From positions 1,998,391 through 2,062,390 of the forward strand of contig CAJINV010000004.1 of assembly GCA_905178155.1 (NCBI GenBank): a stretch of 64,000 nucleotides of DNA, in the 5' to 3' direction. The notes beneath the pieces are model-generated. The model did not search any database. It saw only the letters and a program-made list of their open reading frames with translations, and was not told where the DNA came from. A program made the translations under genes and the position numbers. Numbering within the stretch: position 1 is the stretch's first letter; every line of letters starts with the position of its first letter. Positions 1-12,147 of the stretch are shown one piece after another. The stretch comes from Amoebophrya sp. A120 (taxonomy: Eukaryota > Protista > Dinoflagellata).

Positions 1-3000
1 ACGTCCTTGCTCGTGCCGAAATTTTCGCCCAATAAAGCAGAAGTAGAGAGTTTTTCTCGCGCGGCGACAGCATTATTTGATTCATCATCGACGAGCATTT
101 CATGATCCTCTTGCGACGCGGTGGGGCGAGCGGGTGGCTCCAGCCGGTCTGCGTCTGGTTTTGGTTTCTTCACTTCCAGCTCTTCGGATTGAGGTTGTGG
201 TGCCAAATCTGCGGTAGTTCGGAGGACGCTCATTTTGTGGTCCACCACCGCTTCCTGTCCTCGCGAGTTATCCGTGCTGTTTCCCGTCTCGGTAAGTGGG
301 TTTCCGTGGTCACCTGCTGCTGCAGGACCTGCGGCTCCAGAAGCAGATTCCGATCGTTTCGGGGCCACCTGGAGAGGTGCCGAAGAGGTTGGGAACAACG
401 CTTCAACATTCGGTTCTACTTCGATCGGGTCGTCCAACGGAAAGACGATTCTGCCGAGCGGAAATTCCTCGCACACGCCGTCTTCGAGACGCACAAACAC
501 GGTGGCGCCGAACAGCTCGCGCCGTATCCGGCGGAAAAACGGCCCCCGCCGAGCGAAGTCATGTATGTACTTAAGTAGCGAACCTGCAATCCTATAAGCG
601 TCTCGCATGTGGACCCAGTTGCTGTTATGAAGCAACATCATTTTCGCATGCTATCAAGCTCGAATCAGGGTCCAAAGCGGCACCAAATTTGTGATGCGGC
701 TGCACTTGCTAAGCACGCTCACACTGCAAGCCTTGGTTTGTGTCATGCAGAACAGCCAAGCCTTGTTGATCTCTACAGCAGATTCTTTATCTTGACTTCA
801 GGGCGGGGACGTTTATACGCTGGATATGCTGCTCGCGATGGTCTTCCAGACTGCTGATCTTGCTGTCGTAGCTGAAATCGATACGGTCTGTGCGCGACAG
901 CAGTCCCGGGTGTCTATCCAAAAAAAATGCTACTTAAGTGGAGCGACTTTCTGTTGCAGGCGATACAAGATCGCTAAGCTTGTCATGCTAACTATGCGTC
1001 ATAGCCTAGCAGAATGCTGAATATGCGTTTCGTACGTGTTTTTACGTAGCTAGTACTACTATCTACACATGACAAATTTTTACTGTCATGCCAAAAGGAG
1101 ATTTCGAACATACGAATGAATTTTTCTCGGATAGTCTCTTTTCGCCGCATATTCGTTGGCAGAAACGATGTGCCCGAAAAGCCAGTCACCTGTTCAAAGT
1201 AGTTTTGACTTCACGACTTTGCTGATTTCTCAGATAAGCGAAATAACATACAATATTAAGTGTGGACTTGTAATACGAGAAGCAAAGCATACATTCTTTC
1301 CCGATCCGGAATATCACCATCAAATCAAGAAGGTATAATTGTCGTGCCAAGAACTCAGGTGAAAGAATGAGAACATCATACAGATCCGACTTTGCGCTCA
1401 GCAATACTGCAGCTCAATAAAATACTTATATTTATACCACTGCTGCATGCTTCGACGCGTTTCCCCACGGCCAGCCACTTCGGGTCCTGCTCCGCCCGTG
1501 CCAAGTGCTCCTTGGCACGGTCGCGCTGCTGCTCCAGCCGCACCAGGGTCGACCCGCGCTTCTGCCGCACCTGGTGGGGGATGCGGGGGAACACGCATAT
1601 GGATTGTAAAAATGTCTGGGGCTGGAAGGTTGGGACTTGTAATGCTAGCTTTCCATACCTAGAAAATCTGTATTGCATAACGAACAAAAGTCGCAGCCTC
1701 TTTTGTCATGCAAAAACGCACTTTCTCATGCGGATTGAGAAAGCGTTTTGGGAAGTTGTCATGCCGGACTGCATTCGGAAGTGTTTTCATCATGCACATT
1801 TTAGCATCACAAGTTTCCCGACCCAGACATTTTTGCATTTCATAACGCAGTCTCCGTCACCGTACCGGTCCTCGAGAAAGAGCCGCTCGACGATCTCCCC
1901 CATAGTCAGGTGTTCGTGACGGCAGAACTTAACCTATGACAGTGCACAACCCCCCCTCCCACTCATTTGTCATGCAAAGTAACTCACCCTTTGCCTCTTG
2001 GCACTGTTTGCATGACAAGTTCTGGTAGCTACTTATACTCCAGTGCAAATTTGTCATGCAAAACCAGCATCCTTGCTGATGCTTGTATTGCCATTCATGC
2101 TGTACAAATGAGGGAGAGGGGGAGTTGTGCACTGTTGTATGACCTCCTGCCGGTCCAAAAAAAAGGACGAGTACCAGGCCCACTTGTATCCCACGAAAAA
2201 ACTGCTTCGCTGTGATTGATGACAATTTTGCAAGATCTGCATCACAAGTTTGTTAGACTCGACTACACAGAAAATTTGCCCCATGCGTGCTGGCTTGTTC
2301 CCAACGGAAATATCAAAGAAACGCTCTTAAAAATAGCCAATCGCTCTGTTGCAAGTGTAGCGAAAGACAAATAGCTAAGGGCTCCTTTGTGTTCCATTTT
2401 ATGCATCACAAGTTCACAATGCAACAGTTTTTTCTCGCGATAACATGCGCTCGTGGTCTAATACGAAGCGGATCAACACGAAACCCAGCAGCCGGGCGTA
2501 CGGGTATTCCAGCAAAAAAAAGCTGTGTTAGTGTAGCTCTCTTGGGGTGACAGCATGACAAATCAGCTCTGCGTGACGGAGGAAGCCTGTCATGCGCATC
2601 TAGTACGTGAAAACACGTATAAAACAGGACTTCATGGCCAGCTAGCATGCCAAGTGCAACTGTGTTGACAGGTTTCCATCACAGACTTACACCTACACAG
2701 TTTTTTTTTTTTGCGTAAGGGGTTCTCTGTGTTCAGCAGAATGTCCTTCAACTCCTCGCCCGTGGGCTTGAGCAAGAGCAGCCGCATATCCCAAGGAAAA
2801 AAGCTACCAGTATTATATCTTCACGGTCGTACATACGCCTACAATAAAGTAAATCAAATTTTATGTCTTCTGCATACTGACTGAACCAGCGTGCTGTGGT
2901 ATCGCCGATAACAGATTTGCGTTTATCTTTTCCTCGGGCGGCGTATTCATTTTTGCATGTAGCACTTCTTAATACAGATGCGATAAACTACACTTTTTCT

Positions 3001-5051
3001 CTACTCAGGGATACCTTAGCAGACAGGCCATGAAGCTGGAGGTCTCCGTGAACGAGTGGTGAAGGTACACATCGCAGTTGTCAAGCACCCGAACCGCCTT
3101 TCCCACCAGCCTGCCCACGGTGTCGCACTTCCCGTCCCGCGCCCCCCCGCCGGGGAGGTGCGCGGCCTCGCCCAACGTTGAAAGCCCGTTCTGCAGCTCG
3201 TGGAAAAAGGTCGACTTCTCGATCTGCCCCAGCACGAGCATCGGCAGGTTGAACGTCTTTTCGTTCGTGTAGGGCAGCTTCAGCAGTTGTTGATGATGTG
3301 CACTCATGTTGTAAGCGCCAGCAGCTGCCCCTCCTGCTCGTGCCAACGAAAGCATCTGCTGCGGATCGCCGCCCGCGGTCGGCAGGCCCCCGGCACCAGC
3401 AGCGCCGAGCATCACAAGATGACTGTGGTTTGGCTGAAAGGCGTGCAGTATCCCACAGAAAAAAGCAGGCAGGGCATATTTGTAATGCAAAAATGAATAC
3501 ACAGAAAAATCTGTCATGGGCGGCCCCATAGCGTGGGTTTGTGTGTTTATTTTTGCATTACAAATCTGACCTGCCTGCTTTTTTCTGTGTGATATGCAGC
3601 AGCTGGTGCCCGGAGGCAGAAGTGGTTGTACTCCTCGGTCCTGCTCCGGCGCCACCACTTTGCGCCTGCAGGATCCCTTGCGCGAGTGCGGCGCCCTGTT
3701 GTTGCAGCGCCTCCAGTTTGCTGTTGGTCTCCCGGGCGACCTCCTCGATCTGCAGGTTCGCTTGCTCCACGTCGGTGGCATACTTCAAGCAGAACTTGCA
3801 CTTTCTCGGCACCGGCTTGGTGTGCAGGTGGCACTTTTTCAGACTGTGGAGCGTTCTGCGTTTCTGGTCCTCCTGGTACTTCAGCAACTCCTGCTTTTTC
3901 GTCTCCATCATTCGCTTCTCCATGATCTTTTCCGGAATCGTCTTCGCCCCGATACTTGTTGTACTTGCCGCAGCTCCAGCCGGCGCCAGCAATACGTTGG
4001 TGGCCGAAGAAGTTGCCCCTCCTGCTCCTGCGACCCCCATGACCGGCCGCGCTGCTCCTGCGCCGGTCGTCGTGTTGGCCTGCTGTTGCATCAAAGCTGC
4101 TGCCACCGTGGAGGACGCTGTACTAGCAGTAGTACTAGTCGTCGCGCCGGCCAAGGCGCCGGGCATTAGCATCGCCCCGGGCGCGATTCCACCCATCAGC
4201 GGCACACTTCCCGCTTTCGCCTGCGCCTGCTGCACCAAATTTTGCGCGAGGAGAGGAGGCTGCTGTGCCAGCGTTGGTGCCTGTGCTGCTGCTGGTGGTC
4301 CTCCAGCACTTGGAACTACAGAAGCTGTGGATGCTGCACCAGTTGACGCTGATGGCGTAGCTGATGCCCCAGGAGCTAGATTGCCACCGGCGCTAGTAGA
4401 TGAAGTACCACTAGGCAAATTCTGCGGCACCGGCTGCTGTTGATGTCGTTCTACTCCTCCAGAGAGTTGCAGGTGCGTCTGCGCCGGCGGTGCTACTCCT
4501 GCGGCCCCTGCGGCGAAGGTGCGCAACTTCTGCTGCTGCTCCTGCAAGTTTCTTGCGGCGGCCAAGGAAAAGTTCATTTGCTGCTGCGCGGCCACCTGCT
4601 GCGCGGCGAAGTGCTGGAGCTGCTGTGCCTGGGCAGCGGCCAACATGGGATTGCTCGCTTGGGCAGCGGCCAGCATGGGATTGCTCGCCTGGGCCGCGGC
4701 CAGCATGGGATTGCTCGCCTGGGCGGCTGTCTGCATCATGGAAAAATTCGCGTTCGCTTGGGCCGCCAGCATGGGATTGCTCGCCATCAGATTGCGCTGC
4801 TGATTCAGCATCATTTGTTGCATCAACATCATTTGCTGCGCCCCGGAAGCAGGCGTCATCGGCGCCATCATCGGTGGAGGAGGACGGAAGGGCAACGCCG
4901 CTGTGGGAGGTGCGGATGCTCCGGCAAGATGTTGAGCTTGAGCCGTCATATTGTTATTATACAACGGTTGTGAAGCTCCTGCATTGGGTCCTGCTGCACC
5001 CGGCATTTGCGGCGCGCCTTGGTGCTGGTGGTGGTTCGCGTTACCACTCAT
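1..5051 (-). CDS. PRP38: PRP38-family (PRPF38B-like) pre-mRNA splicing factor; multi-exon, 3' end runs off the window
   Basis: Hand-spliced exons give LPYTNEKTFNLPMLVLGQIEKSTFF...FMACLLRLLLLKPTGEELKDILLNTENP-ARLLGFVLIRF...WAWYSSFFLDRQEV...LTMGEIVERLFLEDRYGDGDCVFPRIPHQVRQK. This is colinear with PRPF38B motifs (NEKTMNL, SPYIRALGFMYIRY, LWDWF, MTIGE, FPRIP). Q/A/M-rich N-terminus from ATG 5051. Confidence 0.85.
1598..1844. mobile_element. Introner, family A (TIR TATGGATTGTAAAAATGTCTGGG...CCCAGACATTTTTGCATTTCATA)
   Basis: ACGCA direct repeat at 1593-1597 and 1845-1849. Removing the element plus one copy restores DCVFPRIP. Confidence 0.9.
1935..2139. mobile_element. Introner, family D (TATGACAGTGCACAACCCCC...GGGAGTTGTGCACTGTTGTA)
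   Basis: Terminal inverted repeat with near-direct repeat TAACC/TGACC. Removal restores QEVKFCRHEH. Confidence 0.85.
3449..3594. mobile_element. Short fold-back introner (TATCCCACAGAAAAAAGCAGGCAGG...CCTGCCTGCTTTTTTCTGTGTGATA)
   Basis: TGCAG direct repeats at 3444-3448 and 3595-3599. Removal joins ORF 3558..5111 in frame with ORF 3005..3781. Confidence 0.9.
4627..4785 (-). repeat. Coding tandem repeat, 30-nt unit (AAQASNPMLA): three tandem copies plus one displaced copy
   Basis: gcc/ttgggcagcggccagcatgggattgctc repeated in frame within the PRP38 N-terminal region. Confidence 0.9.
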
Positions 5052-6568
5052 TATTTTCAAGATGATTTCCCCCAAGGCGACTCCAGGTGGCACAGCTGTG
5101 CTACAGTACAACTACGCTTCCCCGCGGCAGCCCAGGAAATCACAGAAACAAAGTCCCTTGCTTCTATTAAAGAATGTGCCCAAAAAATGATCCCTGCATC
5201 CTCCACCGCTGCTGCTCCCACGACGGTCTTCTGGCTGCGTCTTCACAACACGTCGGCGCGCTGGAGATGCCACTACACCGCTGGCTCATCTGCATCACTA
5301 GCTGCCGGCTTTCAGCACGTCCTGGCGAGTAAAACCTACGTGTGGCTAGTGGACGGTGCGGCTCGTCTTCATTTTGATGTACTACACACGTAAGTAACAC
5401 GTCGTTTCTTTTTTCAAGTCAGTGGTGATGGAGGTGTCGGTACAACTCGTCGGCTTGGACAGTACGGTTTCAAACCGCAACCCAAAGCCGATACAAGGAG
5501 AATAGATGATTTGCAGCAACTTAAAATACATCCGATACTCACGTTCCGCCGCTGTTGTAAATCGATCTTTTCCGCATGCGTACTAACACTTTGCTTGTAG
5601 TTGTTTTTAGACGTAGGAACAAAAAATAGGAGCGGCACTACCTAGTATAGCACTGACAACATCATCAGATCCTCTTGAACTTGATAAAACACTACAAACG
5701 CCCGTGGTGCGAAAGACTTCAAATTCTGTGTGCAAGATGAATCCTTGAAATTTCACATCCTTCCGAAGCAAGTAGAAAGTCGTGCGATTATAAAGCTATA
5801 GAGTAGTGAAGGGTGATTCTGCTTCTACTTTCTGCACAGGGCGATTTTTCAGAAACATCGCCCCCATCCAGGTAAACTGCAGGTAAAATGAAAATGATAC
5901 CAGACAGAGATCTCCATTGCGAAGGCACACATCATCATTTTTCTCGATTTTTCTTTTGTTTTGCGCATCACCATCAGCGTCGCCAACCGAAACGAGGAGG
6001 TCTTGTCGAACAAGCAACCACAAAGACGAGTGTGCCACTAGTATGAAAAAGAACTACCATGGAACAGGAACATCTTTTGTATCTGTCGTGCAAGTTTGCA
6101 CGCGGTCATTTTTCCTTCTGGTTGGGAGCGAAGACATGTACACCCACTTGACTTTCTTGCTAGGTCGCAAAATGAATGGAAAAAGAATTGCGGTTTCAAG
6201 TAGTAAGTTAGTGGATCGAATTGGAAAAAAATTCAGCTTACAAACCAAAATCTGCGGAGACTGTACAACTGCCTCGTGCATATTAACACTTTCATCATTG
6301 TATTGAGAGAAAAGCATCACGACAGCACCACTTACACACCTTTATTGCCCCTTTAGCAACACAGATTTGATCTGAGTGACTAGATCTACTGCAATACGAA
6401 GATTACACAAGAAGGCATGCATCAAGCGATGCTCCGGAGCATCTTCCGCATATAACGTAGCTTCGTTCTCTGTGTTGACCAAGTTTCTTCTGCATCACAA
6501 TCTTTGTGTGTAAACTAGAGGAAACACTTTCCTCTTCGTGTTTATTGCTCAGGAGATAACTGTCAATT

Positions 6569-7695
6569 TTAACAGTATTCCACAGTGAAGCTCTCCACGA
6601 GGTTCCCCTGCGCCTGCGGAAGGTCGTAACACGTGCACGAGTCCGTTGATTTGACCGCGTTGTGTATCGTCGGTAAAAACGTCACCACGACCCCTAGCTA
6701 GAAGATTTGCAGCAAACTTGCATGCTCAGGATGTTTCTCACGCGGAGTCCCAAATCATCAAAAAATGAAAAACATTTTCTAATGGTATGATTTCGGAATT
6801 AAAGGTCCTGCAATCCAAATACATGTTTGTTATGCGGGATTTATAAGTACCAACGCACGACTACTTACAGTGGGCAGTATCCAAATTTGTCGCGCGGAGT
6901 TCGCAATAAAACCTCTGGATTTATGCAGCGAACAATTTCCCATCTTGACCATCTTCGAATCGTGGGGACGTTTTTACCCCAAGGTATTGTCCTGCTCGCA
7001 CCGCCGGATGCCGCCCAAAATCGCTCGTTGGTCCATGTCTGGCGTCGAGTAGTACCAGAAGGTACTTTGCCCGCAAATGGTCACCGAGTGCGTGTTGTGG
7101 ATGTAGGGCTGAAAGTCCTGGTAGAAAGCGTTTCCACCACTCGTAAACTCCGCGCCCCGGTCGTCGCAGTTCATCAGTTGGTGCAAATAGATTTTCTGCG
7201 TCGGCTATGCGTCGCAAATGCATCTAGGACGGGAGAAAGGTTGAATTTGTAACGCTGGTCGCACACTCCCAGAAAATCTGTAACAAGTACTTATTGCATA
7301 ACCCGCAAGCGCGCAGTTTCGTTTTTCATCGCAAAAACGCAGTTCGTCAGAGATATTAAGCACAGGTAAAAACTTGCGCTCCGTGGCTGCATCGGAAAAT
7401 GTTTCATCACCGTCCGTGCTTCAGCATCCAAACTTCCAGGTGGCCCAGACATATTTGCTATTGGTATCGGTAGCTCATTCGACTCTGACACCGGCGGATT
7501 TTCGGGCAGCTGGAAACTTTTCGTCAGCGCTGGTTCCTGCACAGGCTGCTTTGCGAGAAACGCAACGGCGCTCACATTCGTAGAAGTAAAGGAAAGCAAT
7601 ACCCCGACGAGCGCGGCGGAAAACAGACGACAAGATTGCCGAGCGCAGCCCAAAGACCACGTCTTCCACCGCGGTCGGTCCCCGCTACGCGCCAT
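6569..7695 (-). CDS. Small putative secreted Cys-containing protein (3 exons), weak beta/gamma-crystallin-like pattern
   Basis: Hydrophobic signal-like stretch LFSAALVGVLLSF. Removing decayed introners at ~7206-7467 and ~6674-6977 gives ELPTQKIYLHQLMNCDDRGAEF...HNTHSVTICGQSTFWYYSTPDM...PTIHNAVKSTDSCTCYDLPQAQGNLVESFTVEYC*. The second junction is not resolved exactly. Confidence 0.6.
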
Positions 7696-8100
7696 GGGTT
7701 TGCGTGGTGCTCAGAAAATCTTACACAACGAACGCATCGGTGATGGATCTAGTTGGTAGTGGTCGGTGCGCGTTTGAAGTTGTACCGGTTGAAAACCAAT
7801 GTCCTCTCCACGAGTTGTGTGCCGGAATGAAGCAGATCTCAAAGAACCACCAACGACGGTTGAAATTGAGACTACGTCGAAGAGGCGGCGCACAAGAATA
7901 AACAGCAGCAATCACGCAGTAGAACACGTTCCAAACGAGGGTCTGCGACCTGATGCAGCACGGTTGCTGCTCCACCTTGTCTTTCACAACAATACTTTTC
8001 TTCGAGGAGAAGTGAACAAATTTCATCGAAGATAGAGATCAGATCGGCACACGGTGTTTGAGCTGCAAACACACACAAATTTCCTCTCTTTCTTTGGTTT

Positions 8101-9384
8101 TTAGTCGTCTTCATCAAATTCATCAGCGTCCATGTGGAGCAGGTTCTTCTTTTTCGCCACGGCCTTGGGAGAACCAGATCGCTTCCGCTTTTTGCTCCCT
8201 TCTGCGCCTCCGTCCGCTTCTGGCATATCGCCCGTGCTGGCTCCAACTCCCGGTTGTCGTACAGAAGAAGCTTCGTCCACTTGCGCTTTCGCGGCTCCCC
8301 GTGGTGACGTTGCACCAACTGTTGTAGTCGCTGGCAGCAAGTCTCGTGCAGCAGTCGACCCTCCTGTCTGCCCGACCGCGCCACTGTCGTTGTGAAGTTC
8401 AGTCGCTCTCTTGTGATTCACTGCTGCTTTCTTGCCGTCGCTGGTATTCTTCTTACCAGGTGAAGCCGGCCTTGCCTTCGCCCCACCCGCAGGTGGTCGC
8501 ACTGCCGCTCCCGAGAGAGTGGCGGCGGACGGAAAGGGGACGTCTCCCTGCTCCATTTGCCGATCGCCCGTCGCCCGCTCAGCGAAGCCCTGATGATCCA
8601 GCGTGTGGGCAGCGGTCGTTGTAGTGCTGTTGGTCATATCTACGTTTGGAGTCGCTGTCTGCTGCGCCTGTCGCTGCTGCAATAGTTCCTCGCGCTGCCG
8701 TTTACGTCTTTCCGCCGCGTCGCGTAGCCGCTTCTTGTCGCGTAGCGACGTCTGCATCTCGTGCATCAGAAAGTTGTGGTACAGTAAACTGCCCTTGTTC
8801 AAGAACACCTTGTGGTCTAGGTCGCAAATGAAGAGCGTGTCCTCGGGGTGGAGGACTTCAAAATCCTCGATTATATGCTCCTGTCCGAATGCCGTGTAGG
8901 AACCTGAACATCGGATTACTGATATCGACAAATAGCAGTTTTTTCAGCGGTTTCATTCAATCGTGTCTCATTCAGGAAATCATGTAGAAAATTACCAGTC
9001 TTCACTGCTTCCGTGGCCGCATCGATACTGAGCAAATGAAATCCAGGAAGCGACCGTGCCCGACCTTGAATATGGAGTGCGCACGGGGACTTGCCGTACA
9101 CGGCTGGGATCATTCACGCGTGCAAATAAAACTTCTACCTACCGCATTATTTTCATTCTGCACTGGTGCAAAGAGCCGACAATGCTTCATACTAACGATT
9201 CTGGAGTGTCGGAACAACCCACTCTCTCTGACGCAGCCATGAGCGACAAATCCACGGAGGCACCAACATAATCCGGACAGATCGGTGCATGTTTGACTGG
9301 ACACATGGCTATCACTTCGTCCTTGTCCACCAGGGTGGCAATCTGGACGTTGGCAGCAGCAGCGCCAACACCTCCTTTCTTCAT
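8101..9384 (-). CDS. Hypothetical protein with acidic/basic low-complexity C-terminus; weak resemblance to RNase H2 subunit C
   Basis: Long last exon (ORF 8101..8931) with an AG acceptor near 8904. Upstream segments MKKGG...HAPICPDYVG and MIPAVYGKSPCALHIQG|SYTAFGQEH. The family resemblance is by eye only. Confidence 0.45.
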
Positions 9385-10219
9385 TCTGATTTCGCCGCCA
9401 ACTTACTGGGTTTCGGTTTTAGGATTGGCTCTACGGAAAAACCGCAACTTTTCCAGTGCGCAAACCAGCTACGCCATGATATTAATTCCTCCTCGTGGAT
9501 TATCTATCGAGGCGGCGGTCGGCCGTAGGGGAGCGCATTCATTCTTGTACGAGGAGACGTATTCATTCATTGTGCGAGGATACTTTTTTTTAGACGCATT
9601 CATTCATTCGTTCATGACTTATTTCTATTTCATCGCAGATCTACAACCAGTTCTTCTATCTATCGATCTTAATGACCTGACGTCGATAGTAGTTGAATCA
9701 TGATCGCAACTGCGAGTAGTCGAAAACACTAGGAAAACCACACCTGCCAATACTTCAGTCACTATCACTGCGTGCAATGATCGCATAATAATCATATACA
9801 CACGATCATAATTGAGATCCTTCCTCATCTGATCGAGAGGTCGTGGGTGCACCAGATGCAAAGCTAGATTCCGGATCATGTTTGCACGCTACCATCGAAA
9901 ATAGCTCTCGTGATCAACAAATCCCAAAAGAAGAACTGTAGGTATGGCGCGAGTGATCTTATGATCCGATATGCAGCACTCAGTGTGCTCGGAACACTGA
10001 GGTTTCAGTAAAACAGCAGGAGATGTACTCCTCCTTGTCTGAAGTGCGGAGATTGTCGGAGCAGTATCGCATCGTAGAACGTACCTACGATGGAAATTTT
10101 TGTCACGACAAAATGCAAAGGCTTCAGCTTCAAGCACAAGTGGAAAGACCACTACGTGCGAGCGCCTTTGTCCCCACACTAGGGGACCTCATCGCTAGTT
10201 AGTCATGGACTGAACAAGC

Positions 10220-10303
10220 TTACTTCTTCTTCATGGCCATCATCTTGGACATCTTCTTCATCGGCTTCGCCGCCGCCTTCATGGACATCATCATCTTGGC
10301 CAT
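10220..10303 (-). CDS. 27-aa Met/Lys-rich basic micro-protein MAKMMMSMKAAAKPMKKMSKMMAMKKK
   Basis: Intact ATG...TAA below the ORF-track cutoff. Shares the ATGGCCAAGATGATG start and AAGTAAG end with the neighbouring DVNP; all Lys codons are AAG. Confidence 0.75.
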   Translation of the reverse strand: MAKMMMSMKAAAKPMKKMSKMMAMKKK

Positions 10304-10751
10304 TTTGAGGAAGATGTTTGTTGTTTTTCTAACGAAAACCAGCCCTACAATTGCAGTTGGAGAAAGCGGTCACAGAAGGTAGTGATAGGGACGCAAATTT
10401 TCTACAAACTGACTCGTGGCAGAGCTTCGCTACCATTTTCTCTCTTTACATCCGCATCGTTCGCGTCACTCATATCTTTTGCGTCACTCATGTCACATGA
10501 CGCTCGTTACTGAGGCGTGATGAACACCCAGGAGCACATACCACGAAGGGAAGCAGATACCTCCAAAGCTGTTTCGTTTATTGAGAGCAACCAGGTATTA
10601 GCCGTGTAGGCAACCTACAATAGGCAAAAAGTGGTGCTGTCACCAACCTCTAGCATTAGCTCAGACCGGCATGGATATACCACGACCAGGAGCGCTAGAG
10701 CACGCTACATTAGCGGCATTGTTCTTCGAAGAAAGATGTAGCTTGCGCCAC

Positions 10752-10844
10752 TTACTTCTTCTTCATGGCCATCATCTTCTTCATGGACATCTTCTTCATG
10801 ACCGGTGCCGGGGCGGCAGCCATCATCTTCATCATCTTGGCCAT
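10752..10844 (-). CDS. 30-aa Met/Lys-rich basic micro-protein MAKMMKMMAAAPAPVMKKMSMKKMMAMKKK
   Basis: Intact ORF, paralogous to 10220-10303. Length differences between the two preserve frame, while the flanks are dissimilar. Confidence 0.75.
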   Translation of the reverse strand: MAKMMKMMAAAPAPVMKKMSMKKMMAMKKK

Positions 10845-11784
10845 TGTGTTGGTGGTGTTTTTTGGAATAAATCCCTTTGTCCCTACAGTTTATTATGGTT
10901 CATCCCAGTTGTGATTCATGTTCCAAATGCCTTCGCGCATTTTACCGCTCAGGACGAATCTCTGCTTGTGATCATTTCACTTCTGTGTTGGTTTATCTCA
11001 CTTTGCGTTATCACTCATTCATGTCCAACAAAAGGTGTCTTTCATTTATCCTTATGTTTGACGCTCACCATTCTCTCTTCTGTGCATCATGTTTCGCGCA
11101 TATATTGACTGTTACATGTAACGTGCACAAGGGATTCTATGACACTAGCGACGAAGAACAACATCTATGCGAGGATCTTCTGCTGCGGCCACATACCTGC
11201 AGACACGCGCTGGTGCGTGAGCGACCTGCGTACTTAATCATCGGTCGCCACCGACTGGAATGGAATTCACACCACATCCAGGACGGGAAAACACGATCGA
11301 TTTTGGATTCCGAGTCACGTGATCCGCTGGGCCTCTTCGTACGAAGACGACCCTCAATACATCATTTTGGTTCCTGTCCTTTACGGACCTTCCTTTGCGG
11401 AGGGAGGAGACGTTGCGGTTGATGTAGGCGGCGACATCGCGTAGAGCAACGGGTCTACGAGAAGAATACCGCGTCGTATGAAGAACGAAATCGCGCTTCA
11501 ATCTGTGTAATGCGAATAGGTTGTTGCTCGTCCGCTTCACAGCTAACACGATCGCTCTTCTTAATGATGTCGGTTTTGACTTTCCCTCATTCAGGCACAT
11601 GTCGCATACTTGGTGTAACGCTTTGCGACCTGGCTCTCAACTCATGCAAATTCGATCCGCACTGTTTGAAGGCGTGATTACATTCTGATAGCAGGCGGAT
11701 TTCTTCTCAGCTGGCCAGCAAGATGCACATGAGCACGAATTTTCCGACAACGTTCATCTCATGGGTCATCGTCGTAAGGCACGC

Positions 11785-12147
11785 TTACTTCTTCTTGTAG
11801 ATCATGCCCAGCTTCTCGTGCTTCTTGCCCACGTAGGTGCTGCCGTTGTAGACGAAACTCGCCTTGCCGGCCTTCTTGGCGGCGAGCATCAACACGAAGT
11901 ACGCGTTGAGCTTCTTCTGTAATGGTTTTGACAAAGAAGAGTGATATGCTGGAAGTGGAAAGTTCCTTCTGTAGGAGAAACATGTTGGTACAAATGTAGA
12001 GAAAGTTTTCAGTTTTCATGTTTGAAACAGACTGGAACTCAAGGAAAACAACGTTCATCCAGAAAAAATTACCATGCCGCTCATCTTCTTCATGGACATC
12101 TTCGCCATCTTCATGGACGACATCTTCATCGACATCATCTTGGCCAT
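11785..12147 (-). CDS. 68-aa basic protein: MK-rich tail plus non-DVNP basic domain KKLNAYFVLMLAAKKAGKASFVYNGSTYVGKKHEKLGMIYKKK
   Basis: Exon 1 12073-12147 (MAKMMSMKMSSMKMAKMSMKKMSGM), phase-0 GT-AG intron 11917-12072, exon 2 11785-11916. Strong G/C third-position codon bias. Confidence 0.85.

Noticed and set aside
4627-4785. 30-nt tandem repeat as a possible array
   Set aside because: It has no spacers and is an in-frame coding repeat within PRP38.
3541-4973. Long plus-strand ORFs (3541..4443, 4440..4973; likewise 40068..40946, 42734..43657, 63251..63874)
   Set aside because: These are antisense shadows of GC-rich minus-strand exons with no recognisable motifs.
8101-9384. TFIIH p8 (Tfb5) assignment
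   Set aside because: The similarity is limited to a few residues and disappears once the middle exon is included.
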